This document shows positions 25,556-37,464 of a stretch of DNA of 54,852 nucleotides, one piece after another. Within the stretch, counting starts at the first letter, position 1, and each line of letters opens with the position of its first letter. Source of the DNA: Octopus bimaculoides (taxonomy: Eukaryota); NCBI RefSeq assembly GCF_001194135.2, contig NC_068985.1, positions 78,099,007 through 78,153,858 on the forward strand, given 5' to 3'. The notes beneath the pieces were generated by a model that ran no database searches, was not told the DNA's origin, and saw only the letters and a list, made by a program, of their open reading frames with translations. A program made the position numbers and the translations under genes.

Positions 25556-26571
25556 TATTATTATTATTATTATTATTATCAACAGTGTCATCGAAGACTG
25601 CGACTCTAGATTTGTGTTCAAACGCCTAGAAAATAAACTATGATGATTCTATGAACAGCAAACCTTTCTTTGATAGCATTTGAATTTCACAGGGTTTGAA
25701 TCTGAGTTTCTTCTGGAATAATATGAAGACGTTGTGAGTGAGAGGTGTCAATTGTTCTCAACTGATCATTATGAGGGCCAACGTGAATAAAGAATACTCA
25801 TGCAAATACAGTTATCACCGAGGTTTATGGACAGAAGTAGAATGCAGTTCTGACAAGCTGTTTTTGTTGTTTGACCACAGATCAGTGCTTATCCAGCAGG
25901 CCTATTAAGAGTGAAATATTTTCCAAAAAGAACAAAGTAGCTAGTTAGAAAATCTCTATAAGAGATGAAAGTAGTAACTATACTGAGAAGTAATGTTTCT
26001 CGCCACATCAATATGGCTGTTCCGTAGCAACTGACGTTACTACCGTTTTTAACTCCATAGTAGGGATTCGTTCCCCCCGCTTGCACTACATATTGGATGC
26101 AGATTGCATCGATAACCAGCTGGAGCTGGCTCCTTCTGGGGTTAAAACCGGCAACATCGGTTTCCAAAATTGATTCATAGAAATTTTTCGCGGTATTCTG
26201 CGAAAAATGTTTTTTTTTTTAAATAAAATTTGATAAAAATGTATTCTATAAAAATGGTATATACTATATTCAGAATAGTTATATGTTGTTTTTTCTTATA
26301 TGAACAGATTATTTCTCTAAAGCAATTTTTGGTTAATTTAATGCCTTACTAAAATTAAGATGGGAAGGACTGCTCGTAAAATATATAAATTTTGGTTCTG
26401 TGATTATTAGAAAATTGTGTAAAGGTTCATTGACAAAATTAATTTGGGAAACCATGACAGAGAGGGAAATTTGGCCACTGGTTCTAGCAAGTGTTACATC
26501 CTCTCTCCCAATATCGTTCTGATAAGGTATGAGAAAGTGAAAATATAAAGTAAACTAAACAAGTAACTTAC

Positions 26572-26595
26572 CTTGTTGAATTTTGAATCGGTCAT
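26572..26595 (-). CDS. SYT17: Candidate first coding mini-exon of SYT17 (MTDSKFNK)
   Basis: accATG at 26595 followed by 8 codons and AAG|GTAAGT (donor 26571-26566). Phase 0 matches the 13236 acceptor, and the large exon has no in-frame Met before the Cys cluster. Inferred from splice signals only. Confidence 0.5.
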
Positions 26596-26769
26596 GGTTG
26601 AGAGGTTTCTTTGGCACAGAAAGAAAACTGAAACGTTAAGCTTGTAAGGTGGGGTACCACAGTTTAACCATCAATGGAATCTGTACGACTGGGAAAATCT
26701 GTTGATGTACTTTGACAGGCTTTTGTTGGAATATAACAGTCAATAAGTTGTACATGGGTTGTGGATGGA

Positions 26770-27185
26770 TAATTATTATATGGTTGATGTATTCTCCAGA
26801 AGACCATAAACTGTTGGTGGATTTATGCAGCCAATAAGCATTATACAGATTCTGAGTAATCGGCTTGTATGGTTGGTGTATTCTCAAAAAGATCCTGAAC
26901 CGTATGTGGATATATTAAGTCAGTAAACTATATATGGACCGTGGTCATTTATATGGCTGGTGTTTTCTCAGGAGAAAAATGAACCATAGGCAAATTTATA
27001 TGGGTAATAAGCTCTGTATGGACGGTGGATGAGCATTATAGAGCTATACGATCATGTGCATAAGTAACTGATTTATGGTTGGTAATTTTTCTAGAATACC
27101 ATGAACCATGTATAGCTGTATATGGATTGTTGAAAAATAAAATTTATATGGTTAGTGTATTCTCTGGGAGACCATGAACCATTTC
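26770..27185. repeat. Degenerate minisatellite (core tatatggttggtgtattctc..agaccatgaacc)
   Basis: Five core copies at about 26777, 26866, 26950, 27072 and 27145. Confidence 0.75.
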
Positions 27186-28482
27186 AAATAACTGTATGGT
27201 TATTTGGTTATTTATTTCATTATATGGTTATTTACAGAGGACTTCCGTTGACATACCGGTAGAAAGATGTTTTTGCTTTTACTGTCTTCTACCATTGGTG
27301 TACCAGTAACAGGGTTATGTTCACTGAGGTATATTAGTACTACGTTCTGTTCGCTGTGGACTACTCTTGGTATATAGTAAAATGTGGACTACCATTGGAC
27401 TACTATTAGTACACTGGTAAAATGATGTTTATACCGTTGACTAACTTTGTTAAAGTGGTAGAGAGATGTTTTCAATTCTGCTGTTGGTATGGCAGTAAAT
27501 GGATTATGTTTACTGGACTATACTGTTTCTAAAGTGTATTCACAATAGACTATTGTTTATACTGGCAGCAGACTGGCTTCGTCAGTGGTATACTAGTAGA
27601 AAGTCGTGTTCTCGCTGGACTATCGCTGGTACTTTTAAAATCACTTGATTGTGAGAGACATGAGCAATTTGCAGTAATACGCATTCATCATAGATGACCA
27701 CTCAGATGGTTGGGTCGAAGAAGATTTGGAGACAAAGTTCTTGGAAATACTGTAAGCTGGAATGAAGAGGTTTGGTATTTGAAATCCGTAACATATGTCC
27801 AGGTCGCACATACAGACCAACATACTATTGTACTCTCCTGTAGTGGTTATTTTTACCAGGTCCATAGACAAATTAAGATTTCAAATACCGAGTGATTTTT
27901 GCCTCGTTTGAAGAATCAGCGGAATTTTGATCCAGTTCAGTAATCACAGTGAACTTTTAGACCTCCCTTTTGATGATTTTTGTTATGGCTGACTGAAAAT
28001 TACCTCGTGACTTGAGGAGTAATGTGCATGTATTGTGCATGCCTTTATATTGTCTGTTCCCATGCTTGAATGTGTAGATTTGTATGGATGCAAATGAAGG
28101 TGTATGGGTATGTTACCAAGTTTACTGGAAATGTTGAAGTGGGATAATATGAGTGGAACTTGGAAGAAGCTTTTCACAAGAAGGACACAAAGCTATGCGT
28201 GAGGACATTTGTGTAAATGTTGGTAATAGAGTGAGAATGCGTAAGAGAACGGGAAGGAAAGAGAAAGAGTTGGAAGGGAACTATTTAAGGAAATAGGATA
28301 AGCTATATTTATCTATTTATCTACCCTATTTAACTAGAGAGAAAGAGAAAAAAGAGACAGAGAAATCGCTGAGGCAAGGTATTTAACAGAATGAGAGAGA
28401 GAGCGAGAGAGACTTGAAAGAAATGCAGCACATGTGTAGATGCATGTATGCATGCGTGAGTGAGTGAGTGTGTGTGTGTGTG

Positions 28483-28539
<57 letters not shown>

Positions 28540-28742
28540 CGACAGGACTACAGCAATACCCACAGTCTCCACGAGTCAAACTTTTGAACAAAATATTAAT
28601 GTATCATTACAGTACATATACCGACACGTCTATAAAACACCAGTTATATTTTGGTCTGCTCGATTTGAACGACAACACTAACAAGAAGAACAAGTTACGT
28701 ATATAACAGATGTAACAATTGGTGTAACGCCTCAAGACTCAC

Positions 28743-29085
28743 AGTGCCAGTGCAGTAGCGTGGAGGTTGAAACCCTATCAAATGTTACTATCACTTGTTC
28801 TCTCCAGGATCACTGATCACCGTTGCTATTGTATGTTGCAATGGGTATCTTCTTTCGCTTTCCTATTTGGCAAACTGACCACTGGGAATGACTCTCAGGG
28901 CTTCAGTGTTCTGACTGCAGGTGATTATTTCTTGAACAATATTCTTGCTGACTTTTGCCACGGCTGAGGGTTCAGCTGAACTTCGATCCAGTTGAGTAAT
29001 CACTGAGGCAGACTCTTAGTCTTCCTTCTGATGGCATTTTCTATGGCTGACTGACCAGCTGGATTTTGTTCTGGTTCATTGATCA
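28743..29085 (-). other. Candidate non-coding or decayed exon (possible SYT17 5' UTR exon)
   Basis: Strong minus-strand acceptor (tttttacttcttctgttttgcAG, 29087-29086) and a GTGAGT donor at 28742-28737. Contains only short ORFs. Confidence 0.3.
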
Positions 29086-29309
29086 CTGCAAAACAGAAGA
29101 AGTAAAAATCATTATAAAGTAATATACGGACATTTAGAAATAAATTAATGTTAGGGGAGAGTTTTCAGCGTTTAGATAAGGTTGTATGTTTAGGATAAAG
29201 TTTCTTCATATACATGGCTGTTTTGTTTTATTAATAAGGTTTATATTTAAAAGCAGGATTCCAGTAGGTTTTCGTCACTCCCTGTTTTAACATCCAAAAG
29301 CTGAAAAGA

Positions 29310-29520
29310 TAAAGTTGCGTCAGAGTGAATGTATATTAAGTGTAGTGGAATCATACGCTCGGTTTGTCAAGGAAGACTTTTCTGATCTCTTTGCTCTGCA
29401 GATGGTAGAACCATTGCTGCCGAGATTGGAAATGTGAGACATTCCGTCTTAAGTGGGTCACAGAAGGGTAGTGTCTGCATACGTGGGTAGTGTCACCGTC
29501 ATTGTGTTGGATACAAATGG
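29310..29520 (-). mobile_element. CR1/L2-group LINE RT fragment
   Basis: Minus translation ..TLPTYADTTL.. (YADDTTL remnant). Confidence 0.4.
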
Positions 29521-29574
29521 AACTGCACTGGCAGATTACCGCGTATTAGCAGCAACATATATTGGTTTCAAAAT

Positions 29575-29780
29575 TTGGCACAATACCAGCAAGTTCTGGA
29601 GAGGTGGGTAAATCGATTACACCCCCCCCCCAGTGCTCACCTGGTACTTATTTTATCGGTCCCAAAAGAATGCAAGACAAAGTCGACCCCGACAGAATTT
29701 GAACTCAGAACATGAAGACGCACGAAATGCTGCTAAACATTTTGCCCGGCATGATAACGATTCTGCCAGCAGGCCGCCTT
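29575..29780 (-). mobile_element. SINE family B
   Basis: Reverse complement of 23205-23410. Confidence 0.7.
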
Positions 29781-30267
29781 TACAGGAACATATATTAACT
29801 AATAAAAATGAGTTTGTAAATCGACACCTGGCGAGGTAGGTTCATACGTACCATTGTTTTTTATCACTGGATCGACGGTTTAGATCAGTGGTTCTCAACC
29901 ATTTTTTACCTATGAACACTCTGTGATTCCTATTTTACTCGGATAGACCCTCATAGCCGTTTCATGTTTGAAATCTTTTATGCAAATGATCTTTTATTTA
30001 AAGGAAAGTAACAGGTTTCGTTGATCAGGAAACCCTCCTGTTGTCAACATCCAGTACAGTAGTATCTCGAGATGTGCAGGCGTCAACTGAGCCTACGACA
30101 ACTGCACAACTTCTGTATAATGGCAGTAATGAGCAGATGTGGTCATCGTTTGCCAAGTTACAACCCGGAATCAAATGTAAACCAAGGTTGACCATTTGGC
30201 ACTTAGAATGCTGCTAGACACTGCACTCTTGTAGCTGGACAGTATAGTTAGTGGAGTTACACACTCA

Positions 30268-30310
<43 letters not shown>

Positions 30311-31244
30311 ATGTGTCACATAACCGACACCTTGCCCAGTTTTCTCTCTCTCTCTTNNNNNNNNNNNNNNNNNNNNNNNNNNNNNNNNNNNNNNNNNNNN
30401 NNNNNNNNNNNNNNNNNNNNNNNNNNNNNNNNNNNNNNNNNNNNNNNNNNNNNNNNNNNNNNNNNNNNNNNNNNNNNNNNNNNNNNNNNNNNNNNNNNNN
30501 NNNNNNNNNNNNNNNNNNNNNNNNNNNNNNNNNNNNNNNNNNNNNNNNNNNNNNNNNNNNNNNNNNNNNNNNNNNNNNNNNNNNNNNNNNNNNNNNNNNN
30601 NNNNNNNNNNNNNNNNNNNNNNNNNNNNNNNNNNNNNNNNNNNNNNNNNNNNNNNNNNNNNNNNNNNNNNNNNNNNNNNNNNNNNNNNNNNNNNNNNNNN
30701 NNNNNNNNNNNNNNNNNNNNNNNNNNNNNNNNNNNNNNNNNNNNNNNNNNNNNNNNNNNNNNNNNNNNNNNNNNNNNNNNNNNNNNNNNNNNNNNNNNNN
30801 NNNNNNNNNNNNNNNNNNNNNNNNNNNNNNNNNNNNNNNNNNNNNNNNNNNNNNNNNNNNNNNNNNNNNNNNNNNNNNNNNNNNNNNNNNNNNNNNNNNN
30901 NNNNNNNNNNNNNNNNNNNNNNNNNNNNNNNNNNNNNNNNNNNNNNNNNNNNNNNNNNNNNNNNNNNNNNNNNNNNNNNNNNNNNNNNNNNNNNNNNNNN
31001 NNNNNNNNNNNNNNNNNNNNNNNNNNNNNNNNNNNNNNNNNNNNNNNNNNNNNNNNNNNNNNNNNNNNNNNNNNNNNNNNNNNNNNNNNNNNNNNNNNNN
31101 NNNNNNNNNNNNNNNNNNNNNNNNNNNNNNNNNNNNNNNNNNNNNNTGTATACACACGAGGGGTGTATGAAAAGTTTTGACCTTTGAAGTCTTGTACCAT
31201 GTTTTGTTTTATATATGTACACACACACACACACACACACACAC

Positions 31245-31274
<30 letters not shown>

Positions 31275-31280
<6 letters not shown>

Positions 31281-31440
31281 CGAACTTCTCTCAATTTCCG
31301 TCTACAGAATTAACTCACAAGGCTTTGGTCGGCCCGGAGCTATGGTAGAAGACGCTTGCCCAATGTGACAGGCAGTGGGATTGAACCCGAAACGATGTAG
31401 TTGCGAATCAAACATCTTAGCATACAGCTACACCTGCGCC
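31275..31440 (-). mobile_element. SINE family A head
   Basis: Reverse complement of 15412-15585. Confidence 0.7.
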
Positions 31441-32540
31441 AGACTGACTTCTGTCAGTTACAGATCATTAGGCTTCTTGAATTGCGGATTTGACCCTGTT
31501 CTTACACATGGCTCTCCCCCTTAGCTCTCCGAATATTTAAAAGCGAAGGAGGAAATTCAAAAATGTATATATATATAAACCCTGTAACCTTGCTTGTTAA
31601 ATCTGTCTGTGTGTCTTGACGGCTTTACGTAAACAAAACCTATATAGATCACGCTGAATGAAGATCAATATTTGTCTCATTAGCTGTTAGCTACAGGTGA
31701 AAATGTGTGGGAGAATATAGCTGAGTTGACAGCAAACTCTTCAGATCTCGATATATATACATCCTTGTTGTTTGGTTCTCTTTCTATCTTATACAGTTTA
31801 CCCTACTGCTTATCTAACTGTCCATCGGTACGGATGTTTCTCTGTACATCCATCTTTACACATCTATCTATATATCTGGTCTCTCTTTCTATCACTATCT
31901 TTGTCGATTTTATCCCTCTTATCCTCTCTCTCTCTCTCTATCTATCTATCTTTCTCTCTTTCTCTCTCCCCCTCTCTCTCTCCCTCTCATCAAATATAGT
32001 GTGCGCGTGCGCGTATGTAAATATGCATGTATATATGTACGTGTACATATGTGTGTGTCTGTGTGTGCGTGTATATATATATATAATTTNNNNNNNNNNN
32101 NNNNNNNNNNNNNNNNNNNNNNNNNNNNNNNNNNNNNNNNNNNNNNNNNNNNNNNNNNNNNNNNNNNNNNNNNNNNNNNNNNNNNNNNNNNNNNNNNNNN
32201 NNNNNNNNNNNNNNNNNNNNNNNNNNNNNNNNNNNNNNNNNNNNNNNNNNNNNNNNNNNNNNNNNNNNNNNNTATATATATATAAAATTCATATATATAT
32301 ATATATATTTATATATATATGATACAAAGGATATATAAGCATGTATGCACACATATGTACATACTTACATCTACATATGTATACGTATGTATGCATATAT
32401 ACATATATATATATTTCTTTATTAATATATATATATATATATATTGTATTTCGAGATGGTCTATTTTTATCAAATACACACGCACTATATATATTGTTCT
32501 TCACTCGTTTATTACTGTTCTTATTCTAACTTATATCCGT

Positions 32541-32585
32541 TGTCCGGAAACTTTTCGTCACACATCTGTGACCTCTTCAGCGACA
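32541..32585 (-). ncRNA. Type I hammerhead ribozyme motif (Penelope pLTR-associated)
   Basis: TGTCG-CTGAAGA-G-GTCAC(agatgt)GTGAC-GAAA-AGTTTC-CGGACA. Intact CUGANGA and GAAA core, 5-bp stem II, near-palindromic stem III (one change from GAAACGTTTC), and stem I TGTCG/CG(G)ACA. Confidence 0.7.
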
Positions 32586-33129
32586 TTTTCCGTCTTCTTG
32601 TGTGTGCTCTTACTCTGCTTATTCCATTCTGTTCTTCTATGATGTGTATCCTTATATGCGCATGCGTCTGTGTTAGTGTGTATATACATTAGTGTGTGTG
32701 TGTGTGTGTGTGACATTGTTCTTAGTAGCACTATGACCTTCCCCTCAACCGCGTCCCCTACTCCGTTGTCGCCCTTGAACCCGACTTTATGTATCGTTCT
32801 TATAACTCGTTGTGTTTGTGTGTTCACCCACGCTGCTACCATAGTGATAGATGTTGTAGTTGCCATTGTTGTTAGTCGTGTTGTTGATATTGTTGCAGAC
32901 GTCTGTGAAGTTACCGCATGTGTGTTTGTGTGTGTATATAGGTTCGCTTCCTGTGTTGTTTGTATCTGTGCGCTTTACACAGTTTAAATTTTTTTTTATT
33001 TTAATGTCTCTAATTTTTTAATATTCATCATAGGTATGTGCATATATGTCTATTGTATGTGTATTACGCCGTTTGTTTCCGATTTTTTTTCTCATTTTCT
33101 GCTTTCAGCCTTTAGTCTTTAGTCGTTAT

Positions 33130-33860
33130 GTTGTGTGGTGTTGTAGTGGGTGTTATTGTTCCATTCGTATTTTCTGTCGAGGTTTGGTCTGTGTATAGCT
33201 TCTGTGATCTAAGTGTCGTGTCAGTTCTATGCGTTGATAATACTTTGATCTCTATGTTATTGACTGAACCTCTATGTTCTGCTTCAGCATATTGGTAGAG
33301 CACTGACGAGCCTTTCTCTTCTTTGAGCTCTCGCCAGTGTTCCCCTATACACTCTCCTATGCTGCGTGCTGTCCTTCCACTCTAAGTAGTTGTTATGCTT
33401 ATCCACGTTCCTCAGTACATCGTAAGCTATACATTATATTCCTAACCTTACAGTTAATTGTGGGTTCAACCTACATACAACACAGTTGTTATCCGTTCAA
33501 GGGGACATATCGACGGGATAAGTTCTACAGATCAGGAATTGTATGGTGGGGGACCAGGCGTTTCTACTACTTTAATCAGTAGATTGGACTTATCTAATGT
33601 TTTCTCTAAAAAGGTATGCTAGTTCGCCGCCAGGGGTAACATCAACGAACATGACACTCTGATATTTTTTGTTGTCATACCATGAGCTGAACGTATCTAT
33701 CTTTTTACTAGTTCTTTCTGTGTTGTTCCAAGATTTACATTTGTATAGCGGGCAGATCCCCTTTACATCACTCTCTATGATGGCTTTGAACTTAGCCCTG
33801 ACTCATCTGTACATTCTAATCCAGTCCCTTTGGTTGTAGCTAGGTGCCTTTTCAAAGCAT
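33130..33860 (-). mobile_element. Penelope-like element: RT thumb, Cys linker and GIY-YIG endonuclease, decayed
   Basis: SWYDNKKYQSVMFVDVTPGGELA, IKVVETPG, CPLE..NCVVC..NCKVRNIMYSLRC, GRTARSIGE..GEHWRELKEEKGSSVLYQ..EAEH. Same strand as the hammerhead at 32541-32585. Confidence 0.8.
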
Positions 33861-34175
33861 TGCCTCTGTGTGTGCGTGCGTGTGTGCGTGCGTGTGTGCG
33901 TGCGTGCGTGTGTGTGTGTGTGTGTATCGGCATTTTGGTCTGTCTTTCTATAAATCTCTACACCGTTAACTCTCTCACTTTGTCTTTCTCTCATTCTTCT
34001 TATATCTCATTCATTCTATCTCAAGACAAGTAGTGAGTGAGCGGAGAAAAGTAGAAGGAGAATGAGGTAGATGAAGAGAAGAGGGAGATTGAGGAAGAGA
34101 AAGATGAAAAGAAAAGAAAGAAAGAAGAAGAAGAAGAAGAAGAAGAAGAAGAAGAAGAAGAAGAAGAAGAAGAAG

Positions 34176-34212
<37 letters not shown>

Positions 34213-34854
34213 GAAAGAACGATAGCTGTGATTACTATCTTGGTTAGGAGGTACTACCAAGCAGAAAGTCTCACAAACAAATAGACAGGCACTCACAAGT
34301 ATACTGGGGTACACACAAATTACATATAAAGTATTTATAGATATTATAAGCTCCATAGAAGCACTACAGAAAACAGGTTTAATGTGAATTGACATTTTTT
34401 TTTATATCGCTGTACGAAACGATCGTCTGCATGAATTAAAATTCTCTTATATTTTTAACACCTTCTCTTCTCTATTTTTATCAAAATTGTTAAGTTTTAT
34501 GGGATTTCTTTCCATAAATTCACAACACACCATATACAAGTATTATTTCATATTCCCAATTTTACGCCAGTAAGCTACCATCAAAATATGACGCACCAAC
34601 GGAAATCGAACTCACGATTACCTTAACCACTCATCCACACGCCTCCACACATAATATATATATATAAGCAAAGATGCAGAAACGACGTACTTCGAAGGGA
34701 TTTAAAGGTAACGTAACCTAAAGATAGAGTAAGAAAATCCATGAATCAGGTACTCCAAATCAGTTGGAGGAACGTAGAGGGTCCGTGTGAGCATGCAGTA
34801 AATAGCAAAATCGAATAAACGAACATTAAAAAAATAACAAATAAGAGAACGAGC

Positions 34855-35130
34855 ACACGGAACGTATTAGTTTGAATGTATTAGCTCAGTAAAATGAGAG
34901 GGTGTTTGACGTTTCGAACATAGTTCATCGTCGGAAAAGGAGTAGGGTAAAGGGAAAAGTCTAAAGAAGGACAATGTAACTATACACATGCTGTTGGTGA
35001 TGTTTTTCCTTCTTTGAATTTTTTCCTTCTTTGAACTTTTTCCTTTTTTCCTTTCCGACGAAGATTTATACTCGAAACATCAAAATCTTTCTCATTTTAC
35101 TAAGCGTCAAACTAATACATTCCACACTGT
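34855..35130. mobile_element. Inverted pair of Penelope-like terminal repeats with hammerhead-like cores
   Basis: 34855-34945 and 35045-35130 are reverse complements (ttccgacga..tcgaaacgtcaaa..ctctcattttact.agc..caaactaatac.ttcc). Confidence 0.6.
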
Positions 35131-35307
35131 TCTATATTTAAGAGATGAGGAATTATGTACAGTATTTACACTATTTACATTTGACGGATATTTGTCCTCA
35201 TCTTGTTTGTTGTTAACACAATGTTTCGGCTGATATACCCTCCAGCCTTAATCAGGTGTCTTGCTGAAATTTCGAACCTGGGTTCTCATTCCTAAGGTAT
35301 TTTTCGA

Positions 35308-35399
<92 letters not shown>

Positions 35400-35443
35400 T
35401 CACTGCCTGGAATCGAACTCGGAATCTTGGGGTTAGTAGCCCG
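35125..35443 (-). mobile_element. tRNA-headed SINE with internal (AAT)n and hammerhead motif, copy 1
   Basis: B-box GAGTTCGATTCC (35420-35409), (AAT)n, and GACAC-CTGATTA-A-GGCTG..CAGCC-GAAA-CATT-GTGTT (35260-35215). Homologous to 38935-39173. Confidence 0.75.
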
Positions 35444-37425
35444 TGGAATTTTAGGGCTTATAAATCTAATATTTTCCTATCCTTCCTTACTACCGGTTCC
35501 CATATGCTGTTCATATCTGCACTCGTTCTGCTTAGGAGGTTGTTGTGTCCTAGCATATGTGCTGCTTCTTTTAGTTTTCGTATTTTTCCATGTGCACGTC
35601 CTCTTGTTTGTAATTTTTTAAATGTTCGTTTATTGGATTTGACTCTACACATATATATATCTACATATATATACATATATACATAAATATATTCATACAG
35701 ATACATATGTATGTATGTATGCATGCATGTATGTATAAATAGCGTATGAATGTTTATCACACGACTCAAGTTTCAATCTGCCGCCATCTTCAGGCGAGAA
35801 TCCATTAGTGTGTTTGTGCGTGTGTGTNNNNNNNNNNNNNNNNNNNNNNNNNNNNNNNNNNNNNNNNNNNNNNNNNNNNNNNNNNNNNNNNNNNNNNNNN
35901 NNNNNNNNNNNNNNNNNNNNNNNNNNNNNNNNNNNNNNNNNNNNNNNNNNNNNNNNNNNNNNNNNNNNNNNNNNNNNNNNNNNNNNNNNNNNNNNNNNNN
36001 NNNNNNNNNNNNNNNNNNNNNNNNNNNNNNNNNNNNNNNNNNNNNNNNNNNNNNNNNNNNNNNNNNNNNNNNNNNNNNNNNNNNNNNNNNNNNNNNNNNN
36101 NNNNNNNNNNNNNNNNNNNNNNNNNNNNNNNNNNNNNNNNNNNNNNNNNNNNNNNNNNNNNNNNNNNNNNNNNNNNNNNNNNNNNNNNNNNNNNNNNNNN
36201 NNNNNNNNNNNNNNNNNNNNNNNNNNNNNNNNNNNNNNNNNNNNNNNNNNNNNNNNNNNNNNNNNNNNNNNNNNNNNNNNNNNNNNNNNNNNNNNNNNNN
36301 NNNNNNNNNNNNNNNNNNNNNNNNNNNNNNNNNNNNNNNNNNNNNNNNNNNNNNNNNNNNNNNNNNNNNNNNNNNNNNNNNNNNNNNNNNNNNNNNNNNN
36401 NNNNNNNNNNNNNNNNNNNNNNNNNNNNNNNNNNNNNNNNNNNNNNNNNNNNNNNNNNNNNNNNNNNNNNNNNNNNNNNNNNNNNNNNNNNNNNNNNNNN
36501 NNNNNNNNNNNNNNNNNNNNNNNNNNNNNNNNNNNNNNNNNNNNNNNNNNNNNNNNNNNNNNNNNNNNNNNNNNNNNNNNNNNNNNNNNNNNNNNNNNNN
36601 NNNNNNNNNNNNNNNNNNNNNNNNNNNNNNNNNNNNNNNNNNNNNNNNNNNNNNNNNNNNNNNNNNNNNNNNNNNNNNNNNNNNNNNNNNNNNNTATACA
36701 TATATACATAAATATATTCATACAGATACATATGTATGTATGTATGTATGCATACGCACACACACACACACATGTACATATACAGAGAGGAGAGAGAGAG
36801 GGGAAGAGAGAGAGCAAAACAAATCAGGAGAGCTTCTTTAAAAATTATTTAGTAACGTCATTGTTCATTAACAGTGAAAAATAACCGTTACATAAAGAAA
36901 ATTTTATAAACAAATCACATTATCAAATCTTCAGAGTTTGCATGACCCTCAATAGTAACCTTTAGGATCTATACTGGACTACGGACCGTGTTATTACGGT
37001 ATCAATAGTTATAACTGTGCTACTTATAGTTAAAGAATTTGTTTATATAGGTAGTAGAAGGAAGACGAATATACTGATCATAATTGATAAAGAATTACTT
37101 CTGTCACCATTGCATCTACGAAAATAGGAAGAGATGGACTAATAGCTATTAGGTTTCAAAGATCTCAGCAAAATATTTATAATCTAACACTTACATTTGG
37201 CTGCCAAATTGCTAATTATTAATAATCTTTACGAACAGTCTAGCCAATAGACGCTCACAGGTACCAATATTCACAGAAGCATATACATTAACTAATACAC
37301 ACCGCTTCACATACTCGCATAGGTATACTAACACACCCGGCACGCACATATGCATACGCACACATACTTATGTATATACGCATATACAAGTACTCATTCA
37401 TGTAGACTTGCATATACATGTATAA

Positions 37426-37464
<39 letters not shown>

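Noticed and set aside
23417-25580. CRISPR-like repeat/spacer appearance
   Set aside because: The repeats are simple ATT tracts of variable length, the inserts are 350-560 bp TE fragments, the context is eukaryotic and there are no cas genes.
25889-26167. 92-aa minus-strand ORF METDVAGFNP..
   Set aside because: No recognisable domain or convincing flanking splice sites; better explained as a CpG-richer regulatory patch.
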